Shown: in pieces, positions 40,505 through 52,397 of the stretch
Layout of the letters: every line of letters starts with the position of its first letter
How positions within the stretch are numbered: the first letter of the stretch is position 1
NCBI GenBank assembly: GCA_964013535.1
Contig: CAXGWS010000004.1
Location: 22,854-86,853 of the forward strand
Reading direction: 5' to 3'
Length of the DNA stretch: 64,000 nt
Source: an uncultured Candidatus Poseidoniales archaeon
Lineage (GTDB): Archaea; Thermoplasmatota; Poseidoniia; Poseidoniales; Poseidoniaceae
Translations under genes and position numbers: made by a program
Notes under the pieces: model-generated
The model's input: only the letters and a program-made list of their open reading frames with translations
What the model was told of the DNA's origin: nothing
Database searches by the model: none

Positions 40505-41638
40505 ATGCGTGTTGGCATTGTTGTCAATCCTGATGCCGGATTGGGTGGCAAACTTGGCTTCAAGGGTAGTGATGGACGAGCCAAAGAAGCGAGAAAAGCA
40601 GGTGCACAAGACCGGGCAGGGCCTAGAATGGCCCTCTGCTTAGATAGGTTTGCTGAACTACTAAATTCGTCGCTGAATAGAGCGGGGATGTCTCCAACAT
40701 TATTGGCATGGGACGGTCGAATGGGTGGCGATTGGATTACCAATGATTACACCTCATTGGGAGAAACTCCCGACTCAACAAGTGCCGATGATACCAGCAG
40801 TCTAGTGTCGCAACTGATTGAGCACGAGGTTGACGTCATCCTGTACGCTGGTGGCGACGGAACAACTAGGGATATTGTCAACACCTTAGGAGAGGTTAAA
40901 ATCCCATTAATTGGTGTCCCAGGGGGCGTAAAAATGCACTCAGGTTGCTTTGCAACCACTCCAAATGCAGCCGCAGAGGTCCTTTTTTCATTTGTTATTG
41001 GTGATTTAATGTCATCTATTACCGAAGTTATGGATTTGGATGAAGAAATTTATCTAACTGGTCAATGGAAAGTTCGAATGTATGGTGAAGCATTAACCCC
41101 AGCAAGCCCCCGATTCATGCAAGGTGCTAAACAGCAGGTTGAGAGGTCGTCGGAAGCAGAAATTATCGAAGGGTTGGCCAGCCATATTAATGAATTAATC
41201 ATCAATGATCCCGAACTCATGGTAGTTTGGGGTAGCGGTGGTACACTTCGACTAATTGGTGAGCTGATAGGTCAAGAACTAACTCTTCTCGGCATTGATA
41301 TCCAATATCAAGACAAAGTGTATAATGACCTTAACGAACAAGAATTAATCAAAATCTTATCAACACACAGCGGGAACAAACTTCTCCTTCTTTCACCAAT
41401 GGGTGGCCAAGGATTTTTGATTGGTCGCGGCAACTTGCAATTATCTCCTGAGGTACTGAGAATAATTGGTATTGAGTCTATTTTAGGCGTTGCGACGCCG
41501 GGTAAACTGACTGGGCTATCAAATGTTAGAATCGATACTGGAGAGGAATCCTTGGACAATGAATTTAAGCAACGTAAATTCGTTAAAATGTTACAGGGAT
41601 ATCGTACAACAAGAGTAATTCGCGTAGCAGATATCTAA
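40505..41638 (+). CDS. ATP-NAD/AcoX kinase family protein
   Basis: GIVVNPDAGLGG, GGDGTTRD, GVPGGVKMHSGCFA and GGQGFLIGRGNLQLS motifs. Confidence 0.85.
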   Translation: MRVGIVVNPDAGLGGKLGFKGSDGRAKEARKAGAQDRAGPRMALCLDRFAELLNSSLNRAGMSPTLLAWDGRMGGDWITNDYTSLGETPDSTSADDTSSLVSQLIEHEVDVILYAGGDGTTRDIVNTLGEVKIPLIGVPGGVKMHSGCFATTPNAAAEVLFSFVIGDLMSSITEVMDLDEEIYLTGQWKVRMYGEALTPASPRFMQGAKQQVERSSEAEIIEGLASHINELIINDPELMVVWGSGGTLRLIGELIGQELTLLGIDIQYQDKVYNDLNEQELIKILSTHSGNKLLLLSPMGGQGFLIGRGNLQLSPEVLRIIGIESILGVATPGKLTGLSNVRIDTGEESLDNEFKQRKFVKMLQGYRTTRVIRVADI

Positions 41639-43297
<1,659 letters not shown>

Positions 43298-43414
43298 TTA
43301 CCACCGATGACCCCTTAATCAACATATCCGAAAAATCACTGCTTGAAGAATTTATTTTGGCACTTTCATAGCGAATTATCAATAGGTGCCGATATTAACA
43401 GTAGATTGACGAGG

Positions 43415-44467
43415 ATGAATGACATACCTGACACTATGATGGCTTGGAAAAAAACCAAGCCTCAAACAGGAGGTTTCGAACTATTAGAGTCGAAAGTTCC
43501 GAAGGTCAAGGCCGATGAAGTTCTGGTCAAAACCCACTCAACCTCGATTTGCGGCACTGATATCCATATTTGGAAATGGGATGATTGGGCAGCAGAAAAT
43601 GTTCCGATGGGAACTATTACCGGGCACGAAACTTGTGGTGTAGTTGTTGCCATCGGCAGCGATGTTACAACTCATAAAATCGGTGACAAGATCGCTGTTG
43701 AATGCCACTTAGCCTGCTGGGATTGCGATAGATGTAATGAGGGAAACGCCCACATTTGTGAGGAAGGGAAAATTTTCGGTGTACACTCAGACGGTGCATT
43801 CGCACCATATTTCACTATTCCAGCAGTTAATGCCAGACATTTGCCGGATAATTTAACACTTGATTTAGCCTCTATTCAAGACCCGTTAGGTAATGCAATT
43901 CACACATTGACTGGAGGGCCTGTTGACGGCGCTACGGTGGCAATTCACGGCCTTGGACCGATTGGGCTATTCGCAGTGAATGCGGCTAAAGCAATGGGCG
44001 CAAAATTAGTTATTGCGATTGACTGGGACAATCAGACAAGAATGAATCTTGCTAAGAAACTGGGCGCAGATGTGGTTCTTGGTAAAGATGATGATATTGT
44101 CCAGTCAATTCTAAGCCATACCAATAATCAGGGGGTTGACAATAGTTGTGAATTTTCTGGCTCACCAAATGCCCTTTCCAATACTATTTACTCAACTCGA
44201 ATGGGCGGCTACGTTAACGTATTATCGGTGTACGGGAAGCGATTAACCGAGGTGCCGATGAATGATATTGTATTCCGTTACCTACATGTTAAGGGGATTA
44301 ACGGCCGAAAGATGTGGTCAACTTGGGACAAAATGCATGAACTACTCAGCGCAGGGAAAATCGATATTGATACCCTCGTGACTCATCGCATGTCTTACTT
44401 AGAGTATCCACAGGGCATAGAACTGGCAATGAGTGGAGACTGCGGGAAAGTCGTGGTTGATTTCTAA
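43415..44467 (+). CDS. tdh: L-threonine 3-dehydrogenase (Zn-dependent MDR family)
   Basis: SICGTDIHI, GHETCG, ECHLACWDCDRC..GNAHIC, QDPLGNAIHT, GLGPIG and GRKMWSTW motifs. Confidence 0.88.
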   Translation: MNDIPDTMMAWKKTKPQTGGFELLESKVPKVKADEVLVKTHSTSICGTDIHIWKWDDWAAENVPMGTITGHETCGVVVAIGSDVTTHKIGDKIAVECHLACWDCDRCNEGNAHICEEGKIFGVHSDGAFAPYFTIPAVNARHLPDNLTLDLASIQDPLGNAIHTLTGGPVDGATVAIHGLGPIGLFAVNAAKAMGAKLVIAIDWDNQTRMNLAKKLGADVVLGKDDDIVQSILSHTNNQGVDNSCEFSGSPNALSNTIYSTRMGGYVNVLSVYGKRLTEVPMNDIVFRYLHVKGINGRKMWSTWDKMHELLSAGKIDIDTLVTHRMSYLEYPQGIELAMSGDCGKVVVDF

Positions 44468-46035
44468 GATTCAATCCACTTGTATCTTCTTGCGCCTTCT
44501 TGGACACCAGATTCGCCAATTTCCACCAGGGCAAACTCGCCTTCAGGGGCGACTACACTTCCACTCTGCAGACCCTTGTGCAGGTTCTCATATGTGATGT
44601 GGTCAATTGCGACTCTGCCAGCCAACCTTTCAAACAAATTCCATCTTGATACAACTTCTCGCCATCGCGGCGACACCTTTCCTTCGAATACCTTCGCTTT
44701 AGCACCTGAACCATATCCACACAAACCAAATAACATGTCATCTAGATTGACATTTTCTTCCAAATCAGATTCAAATGTTGACATTAGGGCTAGGAAGATT
44801 GAACCAGTATATTGATTGCCAATCAAACTACTCGCTCGCTGTCCCTTTTCAATGCGACTAGCATGGAAATCCATATACTGCGGAGTTTTTGAAATTGCTC
44901 GTCTATATCCATCCATTGCTTTTTCCCATATTTCAATGATAACAGGATCATCAGAATTGTGAGGTTCAGGGGCTGGGCCGAGTTGTTCTGCCACTTCTTG
45001 CCACATCTCAGTATCTTCTCTATCGTGTCTAAAGACATCGGGGAACATTCGTTTTGCTTGATATGCATAAGGGAGGTGCATGATGATACGCCCCCATTGT
45101 TCGGTAAATCGTTCATCGTCTTCATTATTATAACGACCAGAGCGTTCGGCTTTTTGGACAAAGTTATGGAATGCTTGCCTGACAGCCTGTTGGTAGCAAC
45201 GATTAGAGAATTGACCGTCAAAGACAGGTTCATCCCTATGGACACTAACCTTTTCTTCCCCGTGAGCAAAAATACCTAATTTTCTCACGGTCGAAGCAGG
45301 CAAGTGCCTAATCATTCGTTCAACAATACCTTTCTTGATAGACTGCCCAGCTTCTTGAGCCAGCGTCATAACATTGGTAATAATCGACTTAACAGAAACC
45401 TCTCTACGCGGCTTGAAGAAATCATGCACGGGAGTGGTAGAGACACCAATGATGTCCGGTATTTCCAATAAACGTGGATTTCTTCGTATCAATATTGCAC
45501 CGCCACCCGCTCCTTGGGTATATTCACCTGCAGATTCAAGTGCATATTTTGCATTGTCAGAGAAAATAACAATACCGATTCTCTCATCTTCATCAGTAGA
45601 TCGTGCAGCCCAATCCAATGTGTTATGCATTGCATCAACCGCACCAATACAAGCAAAGGTCATATCAACGACATCACAGTTTCTAAAGCAGTCTGCACCA
45701 TATCGTTCTGAATATCTTTGTGTTAACATATCAACAATATAGGTAGCAGTTGGTTTAGCACCATCGAGTGCTGATTCAGTGCCTAAGTACATTCTACCGA
45801 TATTGCGAGGATTTAATCCATTTCTATCTATCAACTTCATCACTGCGTTGGCACCCATTGTTGCAGTATCTTCGTGGACATCCGGTATCGACATTGCTTT
45901 GAGTCCGAGTCCTTTGTTTAATTTACCATAATCTTCGCCTCTTAGGTCGGCAAAATCCTTCATATCCATGTACAATCTTGGAAAGTGGATTGCAACATCA
46001 TCAATGCCAACGCACACCGAATTACTAGTCCCCAT
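44464..46035 (-). CDS. Hydroxymethylglutaryl-CoA synthase, bacterial (Bacteroidetes-like) type
   Basis: GTESALD (Glu), FACIGA (Cys), EYTQGAG, DFFKP, HLPY (His) and GNQYTGSI motifs. Confidence 0.9.
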   Translation of the reverse strand: MGTSNSVCVGIDDVAIHFPRLYMDMKDFADLRGEDYGKLNKGLGLKAMSIPDVHEDTATMGANAVMKLIDRNGLNPRNIGRMYLGTESALDGAKPTATYIVDMLTQRYSERYGADCFRNCDVVDMTFACIGAVDAMHNTLDWAARSTDEDERIGIVIFSDNAKYALESAGEYTQGAGGGAILIRRNPRLLEIPDIIGVSTTPVHDFFKPRREVSVKSIITNVMTLAQEAGQSIKKGIVERMIRHLPASTVRKLGIFAHGEEKVSVHRDEPVFDGQFSNRCYQQAVRQAFHNFVQKAERSGRYNNEDDERFTEQWGRIIMHLPYAYQAKRMFPDVFRHDREDTEMWQEVAEQLGPAPEPHNSDDPVIIEIWEKAMDGYRRAISKTPQYMDFHASRIEKGQRASSLIGNQYTGSIFLALMSTFESDLEENVNLDDMLFGLCGYGSGAKAKVFEGKVSPRWREVVSRWNLFERLAGRVAIDHITYENLHKGLQSGSVVAPEGEFALVEIGESGVQEGARRYKWIES

Positions 46036-46103
46036 CAAAAAATCGGGTTTTTTTCGAGTATTTGAATATCTGTCTAATGTTGCTACCTTAAGTTCGCCTT
46101 TTG

Positions 46104-47681
46104 TTACATATCATCATTTGGCAACTCTGGCATTTCCATATCCTGCTTCGCCCATAATACATCATCTATTCTCAAAATAGCAATAGCGACTTCTGTAGCA
46201 CCAATTAATGCCTGCTTAACTATGCCCAATGGTTCTAATACGCCCGTATCAAACATATCCTCTGGTTTTCCAGTGGCTAAGTCCACTCCAAAGCGGTCGG
46301 AATCAGTATTGGTTTGTTTAGCTACAACATCGAGAAGGGTCGTAATCGGGTCAATTCCAGCATTTTCTGCCAATACTCTGACTATTACCTCAATCGCATC
46401 AGCATATGCTTCAACCGCTAATTGTTCTCGTCCAGGTATGGTTTCTGCAAACCGCCTTAAACGGCGTGCTAATGCTACATAGGACGCACCTCCACCACAT
46501 ACTACAGCACCATCTTCAATCAACTGGACACTAACTCCAAGAGAGTCATCAAAACATCGTTCCACTTCACCGACAATGTCAACAGTACTTCCTTTAGCAA
46601 TGATTGTTGCAGCCTTCCCTTCACCTTCGACTACCCAGAAGTCCTTTGCGTCAATAGCAATATTGTTGCTTGAAATAAAATCTCCTAAATCACTGGGGGT
46701 GCTTGCAGTAATTGAGTTAACCAACCTTGCTCCACAGGATTTAGCAAGCATGTTTAGATCATTTCTTGAAACTCTCCGGAAAGCTTGAATTCCGTGTTTA
46801 ACCAGATAATTCTTGACATCATCATCAATACTTTCTCGGCACGCTAATACGTTAACACCATACTCAACAAGTCGGTCAACCTGAACCATCAGCATATGTC
46901 GCTCCTCTTGCCTGAAAGATTCCAAGACGCCGATACTTGTTACATTCAATTTTAGGTCTGTAGAGACATTTTTCTTCTCAAGCCCCCCATCTATCAAAAT
47001 TATTTTTCCGTTACTAACTTCTTTTGCCATATCACTTGAGATGCGCTTTTTTGGCAACATTAAACCTTGAAACACTTTAGAATCTTCAACTGTACCTCCG
47101 GTTTGCGATATTAGTTTAATCTTTGAAATATCTACTGAATTATCTTCATCAGCGACCATTTTTACAGCATCCAATGATAAGTCCGCAATTTTTTGTTGCA
47201 TTGAGGCATGTCCTTTACCCGCTAAAGAAGTCTTGACAACGGTCTTTCTCATTTCTTCATCTGAGTCCAATTTAATCTCGTCAATACAGTTTAGGATATA
47301 CTGTTCAGCGTTTCTGTAGCCCCTTGCGATGGTTGATGGGTGAATACCTTGCAGTACTAACTGCCACGCATTCTGCAACATTTCTCCTGCAAGAATTACT
47401 GTACTTGTGGTACCGTCCTTAGCAATTCTGTCTTGTGTCGATGAAGCATTAATCATCATTTTTGCCACAGGGTGTTCAACTTTGGCCGTTTCCAGTACCG
47501 TAACACCGTCATTGGTCACTAAAGTCCTTCCTTCATCATCGATCAATAGTTTATCCAAACCTTTCGGACCTAATGTCGAACGTATGGCTTCAGACAGAGC
47601 CATTGCTGCTTGAATGTTTTTTTGTAGAGCCTCTCTCCCACTTGAGCGTGCCGTATCTTTGAGAATTGGGGCTTCGCTCAT
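46104..47681 (-). CDS. Thermosome (group II chaperonin) subunit, divergent
   Basis: STLGPKGLDK, TNDGVTVL, VEHPVAKM, KDGTTS, GGGA and ILRIDD motifs. Confidence 0.92.
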   Translation of the reverse strand: MSEAPILKDTARSSGREALQKNIQAAMALSEAIRSTLGPKGLDKLLIDDEGRTLVTNDGVTVLETAKVEHPVAKMMINASSTQDRIAKDGTTSTVILAGEMLQNAWQLVLQGIHPSTIARGYRNAEQYILNCIDEIKLDSDEEMRKTVVKTSLAGKGHASMQQKIADLSLDAVKMVADEDNSVDISKIKLISQTGGTVEDSKVFQGLMLPKKRISSDMAKEVSNGKIILIDGGLEKKNVSTDLKLNVTSIGVLESFRQEERHMLMVQVDRLVEYGVNVLACRESIDDDVKNYLVKHGIQAFRRVSRNDLNMLAKSCGARLVNSITASTPSDLGDFISSNNIAIDAKDFWVVEGEGKAATIIAKGSTVDIVGEVERCFDDSLGVSVQLIEDGAVVCGGGASYVALARRLRRFAETIPGREQLAVEAYADAIEVIVRVLAENAGIDPITTLLDVVAKQTNTDSDRFGVDLATGKPEDMFDTGVLEPLGIVKQALIGATEVAIAILRIDDVLWAKQDMEMPELPNDDM

Positions 47682-47716
47682 GGCATTCCCACAACCATCA
47701 TAGAAATAAGTGCGTC

Positions 47717-49603
47717 TCAATCTTCGTCGACTACTTCAAAATCAGCGTCAACCACATCGTCACCGCCAACATCGATATTTCCTTCATCTTGGGAACCTTC
47801 TTGCTCAGCCATTTCAGCCGATGCCGCCTCGTATAGTTTAGCCGATACACCATGCATTGCTTCTTCGATCTCTTTCACCTTAGCTTGTATCGCTGCATCA
47901 TCTACAGCATCAATTTCCAATGGTTTTCCATCTTCGTCTTGGACCAACTTCTCTAACTCATCTAAGCGTTCTTTGACAGGGTTTACATCATCATCTTCTA
48001 GTTTGTCAGCGGACTCATCAAGCGTTCTTCTGGTTTGATATAGCACTTGGTCAGCCATATTTCTTAATTCAACCTTAGCCTTTCGCTGCTTATCTTCTTC
48101 GGCAAAGTTTTCTGCTTCTGCGATCTTTGCTTGGATTTCATCTTCTGAAAGGGATGTCTGCGCTTCAATCTTGACCGATTGCTCTTTTCCTGTACCCATA
48201 TCTTTGGCACTAACGTTGACAATTCCGTTGGCGTCGATATCGAAGGTAACTTCGATTTGCGGCACACCACGCGGGGCAGCCGGAATACCCATGAGAGTAA
48301 ATTCACCCAGAGTTACATTGTCTTTAGCAAATTCTCTCTCGCCTTGCAAAACATGTATGGTAACTGCAGGCTGGTTATCAGATGCAGTTGAGTAAATTTC
48401 AGATCGTCGAGCAGGAATTGTAGTATTCCTTTCAATCATAGTTGTCATAACGCCTCCGAGGGTTTCTATTCCCAAAGTCAGTGGGGTTACATCAAGCAGT
48501 AGAACATCTGAAACACCCTCATCTCCGGCAATTATGCCCGCTTGCAAAGCTGCACCCATGGCAACCGCCTCATCTGGATTAATTCCTTTGTAGGGAGCCT
48601 TACCTGCCTCGTTTTCAACGGCTTCTTGAACTGCCGGAACTCTTGTTGAGCCGCCGACTAGAATCACTTTGTCAACGTCACCTTTCTTGACACCAGCATC
48701 CTTCATTGCTTGCCTGGTAGGAGTCATGGTTTTTTCAATGAGTTTGGCAATTAGGCTTTCAAACTTGGCTCGAGTCAAGGTCATGTCCAAGTGTTCAGGT
48801 TGCCCGTCAACCATTGTTATGAACGGCAAATTGATTTGCGTTTGTTGAGTGCCTGACAACTCAATTTTAGCCTTTTCAGCAGCTTCCTTCAGTCTTGACA
48901 TAGCAGTCAAATCCTTTGACAAATCTATACCTGTGTCCTTTTTGAAATCCTTAACTAACCAATCAATCACTTGCTCATCGAAATCATCGCCGCCCAATTT
49001 GTTGTTTCCTGCAGTTGCTTTAACCTCAATTTGAGGCTGACCATCTACTTGGTAAATTTCCAAAATAGAGACGTCAAAAGTACCACCGCCTAGGTCGTAA
49101 ACAAGTATGGTTTGGTCGTCTTCCTTGTCTACTCCATAAGCTAACGCAGCCGCTGTCGGCTCGTTGATGATTCTCAGAACCTCAAGTCCGGCAATACGAC
49201 CAGCATCCTTGGTCGCTGTTCTTTGTGCATCGGTGAAGTATGCTGGACAGGTAATTACTGCTTGCTTGACTTCTGAGCCAAGATATGCTTCCGCATCTGC
49301 CTTCAGTTTTTGCAAAATAAACGCTGAAATCTCTTGAGGAGTGTATTCTTTTTCGTCAATTTTAGTATTCCAATCTGTGCCCATGTGGCGTTTAACGGAG
49401 AGCAGTGTTCGCTGAGAATTTGTCACAGCCTGCCTTTTCGCAGTCACTCCGATTAATCTCTCGCCGCCATCTTTAGCAAATGCGACAACAGACGGAGTCG
49501 TTCTCGCTCCTTCTGCGTTTGCAATTACTACTGCTTCTCCGTTCTCAATTGTTGCTACACAACTATTCGTTGTTCCCAAATCTATTCCTATTACTTTACC
49601 CAT
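47717..49603 (-). CDS. dnaK: Hsp70 chaperone DnaK
   Basis: [54 protein letters not shown] and [16 protein letters not shown] motifs; GGAAG SD-like motif upstream. Confidence 0.98.
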   Translation of the reverse strand: MGKVIGIDLGTTNSCVATIENGEAVVIANAEGARTTPSVVAFAKDGGERLIGVTAKRQAVTNSQRTLLSVKRHMGTDWNTKIDEKEYTPQEISAFILQKLKADAEAYLGSEVKQAVITCPAYFTDAQRTATKDAGRIAGLEVLRIINEPTAAALAYGVDKEDDQTILVYDLGGGTFDVSILEIYQVDGQPQIEVKATAGNNKLGGDDFDEQVIDWLVKDFKKDTGIDLSKDLTAMSRLKEAAEKAKIELSGTQQTQINLPFITMVDGQPEHLDMTLTRAKFESLIAKLIEKTMTPTRQAMKDAGVKKGDVDKVILVGGSTRVPAVQEAVENEAGKAPYKGINPDEAVAMGAALQAGIIAGDEGVSDVLLLDVTPLTLGIETLGGVMTTMIERNTTIPARRSEIYSTASDNQPAVTIHVLQGEREFAKDNVTLGEFTLMGIPAAPRGVPQIEVTFDIDANGIVNVSAKDMGTGKEQSVKIEAQTSLSEDEIQAKIAEAENFAEEDKQRKAKVELRNMADQVLYQTRRTLDESADKLEDDDVNPVKERLDELEKLVQDEDGKPLEIDAVDDAAIQAKVKEIEEAMHGVSAKLYEAASAEMAEQEGSQDEGNIDVGGDDVVDADFEVVDED

Positions 49604-49620
49604 TTTTTCACTTCCTTTTC

Positions 49621-50310
49621 TCAAAATATTGGAATTCCACCATCATCTTCATCTTCATCATCATCACCAAAGTCTAGACTGACCTCAGCGTTAGGGGAAT
49701 CATCTTCAATATCCTCTAGAGCCGAGCCTTGAGGCGTCAACTTCAGTGTAATATCGAGGATTCCGTTATTCAGCGACCAGCCTACAACATCCTCACAAGG
49801 ATGCGGTAGTTTGATTCTGGCCATTGGTTTAAGTTGCGTTTCTTTCATAATTTCCAGCAGCGATCCACCCTTTGAAAGGTTCATTTCCATTTGCATTTCT
49901 TTGACGTCGCCTTTCAATGCGAAATCAATAGTGATTGACATGTTCCATCCATCGAGGTAGAAATCGTCACTTGGCAGCTTGAGAATTTCATCGTCATCGT
50001 CATCCTCAATCTCTGGAGTTTTTATTTCCATAGGCGCGGCATCGACTTTGACATCCATACCTAGATTACTGAGGATGTCTTCCATAGATTGGCCAGATTG
50101 GAACATTTTACTAAGGTTCGAAAGGTCAAAATTGAAGTTTACATCACCACTGTTTAACTTATCAGCATCTAAACCCATTTTTTCGAATTGTGATTTGAAT
50201 TGGTTCATTAGCCCTTTAATTTGTTCTTTATTCAGCGACATACCCATGCTTCTAAACATCTCAACCAAGCGGTCAATCATCTGTTCTTCCCAGTCGTCCC
50301 CGTCACTCAT
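49621..50310 (-). CDS. Hsp20/alpha-crystallin-like protein, divergent
   Basis: Met-rich N-terminal region; C-terminal RIKLP...[10 protein letters not shown] resembles the alpha-crystallin motif; directly upstream of dnaK. Confidence 0.6.
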   Translation of the reverse strand: MSDGDDWEEQMIDRLVEMFRSMGMSLNKEQIKGLMNQFKSQFEKMGLDADKLNSGDVNFNFDLSNLSKMFQSGQSMEDILSNLGMDVKVDAAPMEIKTPEIEDDDDDEILKLPSDDFYLDGWNMSITIDFALKGDVKEMQMEMNLSKGGSLLEIMKETQLKPMARIKLPHPCEDVVGWSLNNGILDITLKLTPQGSALEDIEDDSPNAEVSLDFGDDDEDEDDGGIPIF

Positions 50311-50390
50311 ATTACCACTACTTAACCATCGGTTACATAGTGGCCAACGAGTCAACATATATCAACATCACGAAGAAAAAATATACAAAA

Positions 50391-50660
50391 TCAGGTATGT
50401 TTTCTCACTCTTACGACGCCAATAATGATAATTGCAATTACGCTAAGTGTTAGGATATTGGCAAAAATCATTGCCGTTGACCTTATTGCGATTCCATAAA
50501 TTAGCCACAGAGATAGGGAAAAAGCTACGATCGAAAAAGTCGGTAATGAGATTCCATCATGTCGTTTATGTTTCCATACCTCAATGATTTGTGGACCCCA
50601 TGCTAGAACGCCAATTATCCCAGCTGCAATTCCAATGCCTTCAATCAATACTGAAGCCAT
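50391..50660 (-). CDS. SemiSWEET (PQ-loop / MtN3) transporter
   Basis: 89 aa, 3 TM helices; GPQIIEVWK...GIS and WLIYGI..N motifs. Confidence 0.88.
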   Translation of the reverse strand: MASVLIEGIGIAAGIIGVLAWGPQIIEVWKHKRHDGISLPTFSIVAFSLSLWLIYGIAIRSTAMIFANILTLSVIAIIIIGVVRVRKHT

Positions 50661-50664
50661 TCAC

Positions 50665-51576
50665 TCACCTATTTCGGTTCCACTCCGCTGCAGGCTTGGA
50701 CAATACTATTTTGTCGATACATGCCCAAGGAATGTTCCTTGGTGAACTCTCACCCACTACATGCATTTCTAAGCTGGCATTTTGACCAATTCTCAGTTCA
50801 GCATTTTTACTGCCGATCTTAATGGCAGCTGATGATGGTTGTTTATCAAAAATAGAAAACCAGCCACGCTTGTGAGTGGTTTGCCCAGTCACCTGACAAT
50901 TTCTCGTCTCAAAAATATCTTCTAATTGAGGGCCAAGTCCGAGTGAGAGGACATCTCCTTTGTTCATCAAACCCCCATGCATGTGTACTTCATCCCAGGT
51001 ATTGAAGCCACCCAATGTCTCGGTAAGTTGTTCGTTTAACTCACCGGGATCAACCGTTTTTAGTATATCGAGAAAACCCTTCTCATTGACCATTTCAGCC
51101 GCTAAATCATTAGGTATTTTCGGCCATTCAAGTTTGTGATGAGTCATCGCTACTATGACTCTCAATTCTGGCATTTGTTCATCGGTAAGTTCAGCACGAG
51201 TTTTGTGCAATTCCATCAATAATCTTGCCTTTCTTGCAATTCTGTCGGCGACTCCAGCATGACTATGTTCTTGCCCATTCTTACGTCGCTGAATAAAGTG
51301 ATGTTCCTTGTTTATACGAAATGAACCAGCCCAGTGTTTTTGTTCGACAACCAGCATTGTATTGCCGCCAATAATTACCATATCGATTTCTCTTCTCCCT
51401 CCATCAGGGTCGGGGATTCTGACCGATTCATGAATTTTCCATCCGTTGTTCTTTCCAGCTGCCCTCGATAGTTTTGCTAAGCGCATTTCCGCTAATTCAC
51501 CCGCTCTGTGAATATCATCGTGTGGAAATTTCTTCCGGCGTTGTAAAAGCCAAGTAACACGTTTAATGATACTCAT
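50665..51576 (-). CDS. NERD (nuclease-related domain) protein
   Basis: AGELAE, EIDMVII and VVEQKHWAG (PD-(D/E)xK-like) motifs. Confidence 0.78.
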   Translation of the reverse strand: MSIIKRVTWLLQRRKKFPHDDIHRAGELAEMRLAKLSRAAGKNNGWKIHESVRIPDPDGGRREIDMVIIGGNTMLVVEQKHWAGSFRINKEHHFIQRRKNGQEHSHAGVADRIARKARLLMELHKTRAELTDEQMPELRVIVAMTHHKLEWPKIPNDLAAEMVNEKGFLDILKTVDPGELNEQLTETLGGFNTWDEVHMHGGLMNKGDVLSLGLGPQLEDIFETRNCQVTGQTTHKRGWFSIFDKQPSSAAIKIGSKNAELRIGQNASLEMHVVGESSPRNIPWACIDKIVLSKPAAEWNRNR

Positions 51577-51585
51577 CGTGACACC

Positions 51586-52389
51586 TTACAATAACTCAGC
51601 AACGCTATTCACAATTATGTGCGGATACTGTTCCGCGCCATCCTCTAAATCATTGACATCATCCATTGTCGCTTCTCCAGATAATACAAGTATGCCAACA
51701 CAACCTGCGCGGTTAGCCATTGCAATATCAGTGTACAATCTATCACCAACCATTGCACAACGTTCTGGCAATAAGCCCAATTCCTCAATCTTGTGTAGTA
51801 TCATTCCAGCATTGGGTTTGCCAGTAATGTGCTCAGGGTCTTTACCTGTCGTTGCTTTGAACATCGCAAGGTAGGCGCCAACATCGGGTAAACCTCCATC
51901 GGGTGAAGGACATACCATGTCTGGGTGGCTGGCAACCAAAGGTACTCCAGCATGCATGTGAACACTTGCGACGGCTATTTTTTCGTAGTTGATTTCAGTA
52001 TCATATCCTAAAACGACGTATTCAGGTTTTTCACTACGTGTGGCTATTCCACGGCTTTCTAACATATTTCTCATACCTTCTGTGCCTACTAGCCAAGTTT
52101 GTGTGATGTTGTTGGCTGCGAGCCACGATAACAAATCATGAGTAGAAAGTAAGACATCTTCCTCAGTAGCCGAAATATCGAAAGCACGTAGTTTTCCAAG
52201 ATATTGTTCAACCGAGCGACTTGAATTATTGGACAGAAAGAATCGTTTAATTCCTCTTTGCTTGCAACGTTCAAGAAATTCTAACGCACCGGGAATAAGC
52301 TCGCCGCCAAGATAAATAGTCCCATCTAAATCTAGAAAAACAGCATCAATCTCTTCAAGTTGTTTTGAACGTTCGAATGTGTTATCCAT
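51586..52389 (-). CDS. HAD-IIA family phosphatase (NagD-like)
   Basis: DLDGTIY, LSNNSS, HPDMVCP, GKPN and GDRLYTDI motifs; GGTGA SD before ATG 52389. Confidence 0.92.
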   Translation of the reverse strand: MDNTFERSKQLEEIDAVFLDLDGTIYLGGELIPGALEFLERCKQRGIKRFFLSNNSSRSVEQYLGKLRAFDISATEEDVLLSTHDLLSWLAANNITQTWLVGTEGMRNMLESRGIATRSEKPEYVVLGYDTEINYEKIAVASVHMHAGVPLVASHPDMVCPSPDGGLPDVGAYLAMFKATTGKDPEHITGKPNAGMILHKIEELGLLPERCAMVGDRLYTDIAMANRAGCVGILVLSGEATMDDVNDLEDGAEQYPHIIVNSVAELL

Positions 52390-52397
52390 GTTATCAC

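Noticed and set aside
46268-46276. ORB-core-like TTCCAGTGG inside the thermosome gene
   Set aside because: Isolated, inside coding sequence, with no GAAA half-site, G-string or AT-rich flank.
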